Part shown: piece after piece, positions 46,635 through 58,600 of the stretch
Numbering within the stretch: position 1 is the first letter of the stretch
Layout of the letters: each line of letters opens with the position of its first letter
From: Candidatus Thalassarchaeum sp.
Lineage (GTDB): Archaea > Thermoplasmatota > Poseidoniia > Poseidoniales > Thalassarchaeaceae
NCBI GenBank assembly: GCA_045559735.1
Contig: JBJLJN010000019.1
Span: 1-60,805, forward strand
Direction of reading: 5' to 3'
Length of the DNA: 60,805 nt
Translations under genes and position numbers: made by a program
Notes under the pieces: generated by a model
Told to the model about the DNA's origin: nothing
The model's database searches: none
Seen by the model: the letters and a program-made list of their open reading frames with translations, nothing else

Positions 46635-49600
46635 ATGGTTGCAGCCATGCTTAGAACAAATGAGAACGACAATGCCGCTATTGGGCTTAGAACGACTGAC
46701 CTGAGAAACATCGCAATCGGCCTCGCCGCCGCGATTGCTCTGATCATGGTTGCTGGCCAAATTAGCGACAGCGGTAGCGCTAGCGCTACTGTTCTGGACG
46801 ATGCTCCAGACAAGAGATTCGGATCACCGACACCGGTGACAGACCCATCTTCATCCGCTACTGAGGATGTCGCTTACAGTTCAACCGGACAGTGGGTCGA
46901 CTCCGATGGTGCGATTACATTCACGTTCTCTGGCTGCGCCTCGTGGATGACTTGCGCTGACAACAACAACGGAGGAGCTGGTTCTGTCTCAACCTTCACA
47001 ATTTCAGGTACTCCAGCAGATGCTAACGTTGGTGCAACCACAGTGACGATTAGCGGTGCCCAAGGGGGGCAGACTGTCCAGCGATCTGTAACCATCACAG
47101 TTTCTGAAGTAAACGATGAGCCTACGGCGACTGCAAGCGCCGTAGGCGGCACTTTCACTGAAGATGGGTCTAACGTGGACCTGTTCTCCTCACCTTCAGT
47201 CGGAGATGGGGACTCTCAGGTCGCTCAGACCTGGGACAAGATTGTGATGACTATCACAAATGTCGCCGATGCAGAGGAGTACATCGTTATCGATGGCTCT
47301 GAGTGTGACATCACCGCGTCTGCCACCTGTGTCGCCAACACAGCGACTAATGAGGGAGCTGCGGTAGTCTCATTGAATTCCGGGACTGCAACATTGACCT
47401 GGACTGCTGATGATGGTACAATTGTCGATGCCGAGATGGTTGCACTGATTGATGCCCTTGCTTACAAGAGCGATGACCAGAGCCCGACCAATGGTAACCG
47501 TGTCATCACAATCACTCAACTGGATGACGAGGGCAGTACTGGTGGCAACCACGACAACTCGGTATCCCTCTCATTGGCTGCTACAGTTACTGTAGCGGGA
47601 GTCGATGACGACCCAGCCTTCGCTGGTACTGGCAACACTGGGACATATACCGAGGATGCTGGCGGCACAGTTAGCGACACAGCTGCTGCTACAGATGCTG
47701 ATGGTGAGACCATTACTTACAGTTGCACTTCTTGCAACGATGCAGGCTCAACTCAAACGCTTACTGACACTTACGGAGCTTGGGTTGTGACTGAGGCAAC
47801 CGGTGCATGGGTCTACACACCTGATGACACTGACAATGACTTGAATTCATTGAACGCTGCCGAAGCTGCCTCAGAAACTCTCACGATGATTGCTACTGAT
47901 GCATCTGGAGGTACCACTGACTCCATCACTATTACCATAACAATCACCGGAGCGAACGATGCTCCGACGACTGCTACAGGCTCTAAAACCACAGCTGAAG
48001 ACACTCTAGTCACACTTGCAGACAGCGACTTCACCTTCAACGATGTTGACGACGCACATACAGCCTTCACTCGAATCTACATCAAGGATTTAGAAAGCTC
48101 TGGAGATTTAGAGTGCTATGCTCGAAACGGAGTTGGAGCTGCGTGGGCAGATTGTCAGGATGAGGATTACGTCACTTCGGGAGCATATATCCGATTGACA
48201 CCTGCCACAGATTCAACTGCCACTGTTACTTTCAACTTCTGCGTTTACGATGGAGTCGCCTGTTCTGCATCTACTCAATTTTCAGTAACAGTTACTCCGT
48301 CAAATGACGCTCCGACGATTTCTATCCAGGACGACACTCTGGATACCAATGAAGACACATCTCTTACGATGAACACCGGAGGATCAGACGGATTCACTGT
48401 CGCCGATGCCGAGAGTGCAACTCTCACAGTGACCCTTGCTACCAGTGCTGGTACGCTGACTCTGGCTGATGTCAGTGCAGCTGACTTCTCAGGTGGTTGC
48501 AGTGGTGCAGCCGGAGATGGTACTACTGACACTACTATGACCTTCTGCGCTACCCCGACGAACACCAATACTGCGGTTGATGGACTGGTCTTGGCACCCG
48601 CATCAAACTCAGAGGCTACTCACACAATTACAATCACTGTCAACGACGGTGTCAACAGCGCTGTGCAAGATACCATCGCTGTCACGATCAATGCACAGAA
48701 CGATGCACCAACAGCTTCTGACGCTACTGTCACAGCACTTGAGGACGCTACCTACACATTCTCTTCCTCTGACTTCGGATTCACCGACGTCGATTCAGGC
48801 GCCTCACTCAAATCCGTAACTCTTCAGGCGGCAACCGCAGGAACTCTGTGGGTCGATTCTGATAGCAATGGAGCCGTCAATGGCGGCGAAGCAGCAGTAC
48901 AGAACAACGACGTAGTTCTAACCGCAAACATTGCCAAATTGAAGTGGAAGCCTGCAGCAGATGCAAGCGGTACGATTGGCACCTTCGCATTCATAGTGAC
49001 TGACAACGCCGACGCAGCCTCAGGCTCTTACACGATGACACTCTCGATAACCGCTGTCAACGACGAGCCTACCCTTACTGCTACGGGCCTTACTCCTACT
49101 TTCGCTGAGGATGGTGCAGCAAAAGACCTGTTTTCTGGACCAGCTGCCGGCTACGGAGACACTGATGGCTCCGAGAGCGCCGACCGAATTAACAGTCTGA
49201 CAATTACTGTCACAAACGTCGCTGACACAACCGAATACCTCACTGTCGACGGCACTGCTTGCGACTTGACTGATGGCAACTCCGAGACAACATCAGGCAA
49301 CTCAATGACCTGTGCTGTTACACTCTCTGGTAGCACTGCCACTGTGGCACTGTCTCACTCAGGTCTGACCTCTGCAGCCATCAACACCATCATCGATGCT
49401 ATGACCTACGAGAATAGCGACCAGAGCCCGACCATTGGCAGCACCCGTGTTGTGACCATTACTGCTATCGGCGATGATGGAGGTACAGCCAACGGTGGTG
49501 ACAACTCGAAGTCGGTAACAATCGCTGCGACAGTCACTCTTACCAAGTCGAACGACCTTCCAACTTCAGCGGCTGGCTCTAAGACCATCACAGAGGATCA

Positions 49601-52600
49601 GCAGACAGCTCTTGCTGCTAGTGACTTCACCTTCACGGATCTCGATGGTGACACAATTTCAAGAATTCGGATTACTACCACAGAGAGTGCTGGCGATCTA
49701 GAATGCAACAACAAGAACGGCGGCGGCGGCGGCTGGACTGACTGCGCCACAAATGACTACGTGGCTGCAGGAACAGATCTCAGGTTCCAGCATGCAACGG
49801 ACGATGTTTCATCAGAGACATTCAGTTTCGAGGTCCACGATGGCACTGGATACAGCAGCGCACAGTACGTCTTTACCATCTCGATAACACCTGTCAACGA
49901 TGCACCTGCCAACGCAGGCGACACGGCAACTGTTACCGAGGATACAGACTACAATAGTTGGACTGCAGCTACTGACTGGGGCTGGTCGGATGTCGATTCA
50001 GGAGACGCCCTTACACATGTCAAGATCTGGACTTGTCCTACCGCCGGCACGATGACTGTTGGAGGCAGCGCTTGCGACGCCGAGAATTCCCAGGCCACCC
50101 TGGCCAACCTGAACACTATCGTGTATTCACCCGTTGCTAATTCAGACACTGGCAATCCGACATTCACCTACAAACTGTATGACGGAGATGATTGGTCAGC
50201 AGCAGGGACAATGACGCTATCCTTCTCTGCTCAAAACGATGCTCCCTCCAATGCAGGTGACACGGCTACTGTTACCGAGGATGCAGCATATACTTCCTGG
50301 ACTCAAGCTACTGACTGGGGCTGGTCGGAAGTTGATACTGGCGACACTCTAGAGTCAGTTCTCTTTGTAACGTGTCCATCTTCTGGTACATTCACAATTG
50401 GTGGTGTTGCTTGTAATGCAGGTGTATCTTCATCCACTCTCGGGAATCTGAACTCCGTTTCATTCACCACTGCTTCCAACAGTAATGCAGGGGTGACATT
50501 CACCTACAAGCTGTATGATGGAGAAGCTTATTCTGCTGTAGGGACGATGACGATTTCAGTCACTCCTCAAAACGACGCCCCGTCCGCAGGAGCTACCGCA
50601 GACCAGACCATTTACGAAGACGTCGCTTACAGTTTCACCACCACCACTTCGACTGACGTCGATGGTGATACGTTGACAATCACCTGCGAGGAGCAGAATA
50701 ACGCAGGCAACGCTGAATCGGCTCTTCCCGCCTTCATCGCTGTTTCCAATCAAGGAGATGGTACTGCTGTTATTTCAGGTACTGCAGCTCATGCAAACTT
50801 AGCTGCATCCGATGACTCAGACAGCACTTACAACGTCCTTTGTACCACAACCGATAATGGTGCAGGATCTCTAACTGCAACCGACCTGTTCGTAATCACA
50901 GTCACTGAGATTAACGACGCACCAGTCCTCGCTTCTTCCACGGGTACCTCTGCTACTGCAGGCACCGCCATAGAGGACAAGTCCGGCGGAGTCACTTTCA
51001 CTCTGACAGCCACTGATGAGGAGTCAAACGATGCGACCTTCGCTGAAGGCTCATCATGTCCGGCTTGGATGACTGTAGCCGATGGCGGCGGCGCTGCCAT
51101 GACTGGTACGATCGCCATCGCAGAGGCAGCTCTGACTGATGCAAGAGTCGGTGACCACGATTGTGATGTCACCATCACTGATGGTACCACAACAGCACTC
51201 TACACTTACACTGTGACTATCTCTGAAATAAATGACGAACCTACTCTGACTGCGACAGGTGCCAGCCCAACTCACACTGAGGGAAGTTCGGGTGAGACTT
51301 TGTACTCGAACGCTGCCGCGGCCGACTCGGATTCACAAGCTACACAGACCTTCACTTCACTGACTCTCACCGTAACGAATGTGCAGGATACCACTGAATC
51401 CATCTACTTAGACGGAGGCTGGGAATCTCTAGCAGCCATGGGTTCGACCTCGACCACCGACACGAACTCATACACCTACCAGATTACCGGCTGTTCCACT
51501 ACCTGTACTGTCGCTTTGACCGGAATGACACTAACTGCTACGCAAATGCAGACCTTGGTTGATGGCTTGAAATACAAGAATACCGATGATAGCCCGACAG
51601 ATGCTAACCGTGTCGTCACCATAACTCAGATGACGGACAGCGGCGGCACAGGTGGCGCCGGCGCGGACGATACTGTAACTCTCAGCATTGTTTCCACTGT
51701 CAATGTCGATCTTGCCAATGATGCACCTGATGCATCTGGAGCATCTGCTACCATTGCCAATATCGCAGAAGATACCACCAATCCTGGAGGTTCAACAGTA
51801 TCTGCCGCGCTTAGTGGCGTTACTGACGCAGACGCAGGCTCAAGCGTCAACGGTATTGTGATTTGCTCATACACTCACGACGCTGCCAAGGGAACTTGGG
51901 CGTACGAGGTTGACGCAAGTGGGAACTGGGTTACCATTTCCACTCGCACTGATAACGAGAACTGTCTTGGCATAGAGGATGATGACAAGATCAGATTCGT
52001 TCCTGCCGCCAACCACAATGGTGCGGCAACCACTCTATCTGTGATAGTGGTCGACAACACCCAGGCCATCGCCTCTGGAACAGCGACCTACGACGCTTCG
52101 TCAACAGGAGGAACCACGGCTTTCTCCAGCAACACAGTCTCTGTTTCTCACTCAGTAACTGCAGTCAATGACGCCCCGATTGCTTCAGGCTCAACTACTC
52201 TCACTACCATCAACGAAGATGCGACCCCTACGGGACAGACTGTTACGGCCTTGTTCGCAAGCAACTTCGCTGACTCTGCAGACAGTGACGCTCTGGCAGG
52301 AATCTGTATCTCAAGCTATACCAGTGCTGCTGCCAAGGGAGTTTTATCTTACTCACAAGATGGTAGCTCATACAGTACAGTTGCTACCGTTGCTGCACTT
52401 AACGCTGGAACTACAATCAGAGCTGCTAACTATCTGAAGTTCACACCGACAGCTGACTACAGTGGCACCTCCCCGACAATCACAGTGGTCCTGATAGAAG
52501 ACTCAGGAGGCGCTGTTGCTGGCGCTGCAGCTACAAACGTAGACTGTTCTTACTCTGCTTCTGGAATTTACAGTACTGCTACTGTTGCACTCACAATGAC

Positions 52601-55600
52601 TGTGAATGATGTCAACGACGAGCCTACCCTTACAGTTACTACTGCTACTCCAACCTTTACTGAGGATGGCTCAGCAGTCTCATTGTATTCGAACGCGGCT
52701 GCAGGCTACGGAGACACTGATGGCTCCGAGAGCGCCGACCGAATTAACAGTCTGACAATTACTATCACAAACGTCGCTGACACAACCGAGTACCTCAATG
52801 TCGACGGCACTGCTTGCGACTTGACCAATAGCAACTCCGAGACAACATCAGGCAACTCAATGACCTGTGCAGTTACAGTCTCCAGTGGTACTGCTACTGT
52901 GACACTGACTCACTCAGGTCTGACCTCTGCAGCCATACAGACCATCGTCGATGCTATGACCTACGAGAATAACGACCAGAGCCCAACTACAGGAAGCCGC
53001 GTCGTGACTATCACTGCTATCGGAGATGATGGAGGTACAGCCAACGGTGGTGACAACTCGAAGTCGGTAACACTCGCTTCGACAGTCACCGTTGCATCTC
53101 TGAACGATGCTCCAACAGCTTCTGGCTCAGCCACTCTAGCTGCTATCAATGAGGATGCAACAGCATCAGGGGCTACAGTTTCATCTCTGTTCACCAGTAA
53201 CTTCGCTGATACCGATGGCGATGCGATTGGAGGAGTTTGTCTCACATCGTACACCGAGGCCACAAGCAAGGGTCAGTGGAAGTACTCTACCAATGATGGA
53301 GGCGCATGGACAGCACTGAGTGATATCACAGCCGCTACCGCAGGCGTCTACATCCGTGCTGCTGACGAACTTGCCTTCGTCCCTGCAGCTAACTGGAATG
53401 GTGCCGCACCAACTATGACTGCCACTTTGTCTGATGACTCGGGTAACGAGCCGGCAACTGCCGCTACTACAAACTGTGCAACAACTGGTACAACCACCGT
53501 TTACAGTACTTCAGGTGTGACTCTATCCCATACTGTAAACGCAGTCAACGATGCTCCAACCGTGTCTGATACAACACAGGCCCTTTCCTCTATCGCAGAA
53601 GATGGAACGCCGTCGACCACCACCACTGTCTCCAATCTGTTCAGCGCCTCGTTCGCTGACAGTGCAGATTCAGATGGATTCGCTGGCGTCTGTATCATCT
53701 CGTATTCCGAGGATACTAACGAGGGCCAGTGGAAGTGGTCCAACGATGGAAGCAGTTTCACTGCGATCTCAACAGTTTCATCTGATTCTTCCGGACTCAT
53801 CCTGGATGACGCTAGTCGTCTGCAATTCGACCCTGCGTCCAACTTCAACGGTGCTGCTAACACGATTAGCGTAGTTCTGGTCGAAGATTCGGGCGGAGCA
53901 CTCACCACTGATGCTAGTGCTGACGATTGTTCATCGAATGGCGGCTCCACAGTTTACAGCGCCGACGGAAGTCCAGTCGTACTATCTCACAGTGTGTCTG
54001 CTGTCAACGACGCACCGACTTCATCTGGTGGTTCATCCGCCCACGGCCATCCTAACGAGGACGCCACATACACCTTCACCACAACTGAGTCCCACTGGGG
54101 CTACTCTGACGTTGAGAGTACCGCTATGGCTACCGTCGACTTCACGACTCTGCCAAGCACTGGTACTCTGATGTACAGTGGCAACGCAGTTACCGTGGGA
54201 CAGGACATCGCTGCGGGCAGCCTCGGAGGGGTGACATACGTACCAGTCGCTAACGCTAATGGTGCAATCACGTTCACCTTCAAGACCACTGATGGATCCG
54301 ATTGGCAGAGTTCACCAGCGACTTACACCATTACTTACGCAGCTGTCAACGATGCACCTGACGTATCTAGTGCTACGGCTACTATATCTGCCATCAATGA
54401 GGATACTTCTGCACCCAGCGGTTCGACAATTTCCTCTATGCTGAGTAGTGTATCCGATGTCGATTCAGGCTCTTCGGTCAATGGTGTTGTAATCTGTTCA
54501 TACACTCACGACGCTGCCAAGGGAACTTGGGCGTACACTGCTGACGGCTCCTCTTGGTCCGACATCGCCACTCGCTCTGACACATCCAACTGTCTGGGCG
54601 TAGAGGACGATGATTCAATCAGATTCGTCCCTGCGGCTAACTATGCGGGAGCGGCAACCGCTCTATCCGTCCATGTAGTTGACAACACTCAGGCCATCGC
54701 CACTGGAACTGGAACCTATGATGCAGCATCGACGGGTGGTACAACCGCATTCTCCGCTGCACTGTCTGTCTCACACACAATCACTGCAGTTGACGATGCA
54801 CCTGCATTCTCGTCTGCATCAGGCAGCGTGAATGTTAACGAAGGCTCTACTGCAGTAGGAACTTACACGGCCACCGACGCAGAAAGTGATTCCATCACGT
54901 ACACGAAGTCGGGTACCGACGCCTCTCTGTTCGCAATCGGCTCATCTGACGGAGTGCTGACTTTCTCCTCTGCTCCAAATTATGAGAGTCCAGGTTGTGG
55001 ATCAGGTTCTAACTCTAACACCTGTACAGTGATAATCACCGCTACAGCCAACTCAAAGACGGATACGCACACACTAACTGTGAACGTCCAGGATCTCAAC
55101 GACGAGAGCCCTGTTTGGCAGACCTCCGCAAGCCAGTCTGTCGATGAGAACACTCGCAATGTCGTAGCTACACTATCGGTAACTGATGGCGATTCTGCGG
55201 ACAGCAACACAGCCACCTATGCTATCACCAGCAACGACAACAGCCTGTTCGAGATAAGCAGCTCAACTCTGAGATTCGCCGCGAGTGGTGGCGCCAACTA
55301 CGAGAGTCCGGGCTGTGGAGGCAGTTCTAATTCCAACACTTGTACAGTCACTGTCAGGGCTTCTGACGGTGCAAGCTCAGCCAACACTGCTGACCGCACC
55401 TTCACAATCACCATAGGAGATTTGAACGACCAGACACCAAGTTACTCTCGCTCCTCTGGAGATTTGACTCAGAACTACGCCGAGGCCACTACCACGGCGA
55501 TTGACTCGTTCTCGATTACCGACACAGATACAGGCAACTCGTTTTCCTGTAATGTCGGAGGAGACGACTCTGGTGATGTGAGCTGTTCGATTTCAAGCAC

Positions 55601-58600
55601 CACAGTAACAGTGTCTTTCGCCTCTCAGCCAAACTACGAGAGTCCTGCTGACAACGGCGGTAACAATGTCTACGACTTCACCATCTCAGTCAGTGACGCA
55701 TCATCCGGTGGAAACACTGGTTCGACTCTGACCTACGAAATCACAGTCACCGACACAGATGAGTTCGATGTCTCAACACCGACCGACTCCAACTCTGGTA
55801 GCAACACTGTCGCCGAGAACGCAGCTGACAACGCTGCGGCCGGAATCACTGCATCAGCATCCGATTCTGATGGAACTACCAACACTATCACCTACTCGAT
55901 GGTAATCTCTACTAGCGCTTGTAGCGGCTGGTTTGACATTGGCCAATCAGATGGTATCGTGCGTGTTGACGGCTCTAACGAACTCGATTACGAGACTGTC
56001 ACCAGTTGTGCCGTAGTAATTACTGCTACGAGTGCAGACACTTCGGCCAAGGATCTGTCTACTAGCATTTCCATTACGGATGTGAACGATCAGACGCCAG
56101 CTGCTACCGTAGCAGCTACCTACAACGTTGCCGAGAATGTAGCGACAGTCGCCTCAATCTCGGTGACAGATACAGACACATCCGGAACCCTTGCCTGCTC
56201 GGTCGCAGGAACAGACAGCAGTTTGTTCACTTGCTCAATTTCGAGTGGAACGGCCACCTTGGCATTCGCTTCTGCACCTAACTTCGAGAGTGCGGGAGAT
56301 TCCGGTGGAAACAACGTCTATGACATCCAAGTCACTTTCACAGACGGCGCTAACACTCTGGGAGCACAGACAACTGCAATCACAGTAACAGATGCCAACG
56401 AGGCACCTTCGATTACCAGTACTGCCGTAACAAGCGCTACTGAGGATGCTGCTTACTCCTACACTGTTCAGTCTAGTGATCCGGATGATGGAGATCCGCA
56501 TTCGAACTCCGTAACTATCACCTGCACTACCGGCTGCAGTTCTGGAGCCTGGCTTTCTGTATCTGGCGCAGTTCTCTCGGGAACTCCCGGTGACGATGAG
56601 GTTGGATCATACTCAGTCGTTCTGACTGCTTCGGATGGTTCACTGACTTCGACCCAGTCGTTCTCCATCACTGTGACAAATGTAAACGATGCAGGAAGCG
56701 TTGCACTGTCTGGAACCGCAGCTGAGGATTCGCAACTGACCGCTACTCCTTCAGATGATGACAACGATGGCTCTGGTGATACCTACACGTACGCGTGGCA
56801 GAGCTCTTCAGACCTCTCCACATGGTCCAGCATAGGCTCAAACTCCAACACCTACACTCTGACTCAATCTGAGGTTGGCAAGTACGTGCGCGTGACAGTA
56901 TCCTATACTGACGACGATGGAACAGTCGAGTCTCACTCTACGCAGACCACATCCACCATCTCTAACGTCAATGACGCTAACACCGCTGTACCAACAATCA
57001 GCGGCACACTCACTCAGGGACAGACCTTGACTGCAAGCCCAGCACCTCTGTCAGGCAACGATGAGGATGGCACGACTACCGCCGATGCAAGCTCGTACGC
57101 AGGTTACTCATATCAATGGCAGAGCTGTACTACCTCTGCTGCATCAAGTTGCAGTAACATGAATGGTAAGACATCTTCGACTTTGGCTCTTAGCAACGAC
57201 GAGGTTGGCAAGTACATGCGCGTCGTTGTTAGTTACACAGATGACCAAAGTACTGCCGAGAGCGTCAACAGTGCAATCTCCGCCGTAGTCGGTAACATCA
57301 ACGATGCAGCTTCGATCAGCGGTGCAAACACCGGATCTGTTACTGAAGACGCATCCTCACCTGCCAGCGGTACTCCGACTGTTACAGACCCAGATTCTGG
57401 TGAGAACACTCTGCTAACTGTTTCAGCTGGAACGGCCAGCGTCAGCGGTTACGGTACCTTCGGTGTTTCCAGTGGCACTTGGACTTACACTCTGGATGAC
57501 ACTGACAGTACAGTCAACGCTCTGATTGCTGGAGCCAGTCTGCAAGACACATTCGTAGTCACCAGTGCTGACGGAAGCGATACCATGACCGTTACAATCA
57601 CGATTACTGGTGCAAACGACGCAGCTACCATCGGCGGTACCACAACAGGAACCGCCCAGGAAGACACCTCTGATGGATCCGGTACTCTGACAGTGACTGA
57701 CGTCGATACAAACCAGGCATCTTTCACTGCGGTCTCATCCGCAACTGACAGTATCAGCGGCTACGGTACCTACACAATCACCACTGCCGGAGTTTGGGCA
57801 TACACGCTCGATGACTCTGACAGTGCTGTGCAGGCACTCGCTGCAGGCGCTTCGATGACTGACACCTTCTCGGTGACCAGCGCTGACGGTACTGCTCAGA
57901 CTGTTACCATCACGATTAGTGGTCTGAACGACGCAGCTACCATCGGTGGAGACACCACAGGAACTGCTCAGGAGGACACCTCTGACGGATCCGGTACTCT
58001 GACAGTGTCTGATACTGATTCAAACCAGAACACTTTCACTGCGGTCTCATCCGCAACTGACACTGCAAATGGCTACGGTACCTACACAATCACCACTGCT
58101 GGAGTTTGGGCATTCACGCTCGATGACTCTGACAGTGCTGTGCAGGCACTCGCTGCAGGCGCTTCGATGACTGACACCTTCTCGGTGACCAGCGCTGACA
58201 ATACTGCTCAGACTGTTACCATAACGATTAGCGGTCTGAACGACGCAGCTACCATCGGTGGAGCCACCACAGGAACCGCTCAGGAGGACACCTCTGACGG
58301 ATCCGGTACTCTGACAGTGTCTGATACTGATTCAAACCAGAACACTTTCACTGCGGTCTCATCCGCAACTGACAGTATCAGCGGCTACGGTACCTACACA
58401 ATCACCACTGCCGGAGTTTGGGCATACACGCTCGATGACTCTGACAGTGCTGTGCAGGCACTCGCTGCAGGCAGTACACTGTCTGACAGCTTCTCGGTGA
58501 CCAGCGCTGACGGTACTGCTCAGACTGTTAGCATCACGATTAGTGGTCTGAATGACGCAGCTACATTCGCTGGAGACACCACAGGAACCGCTCAGGAGGA

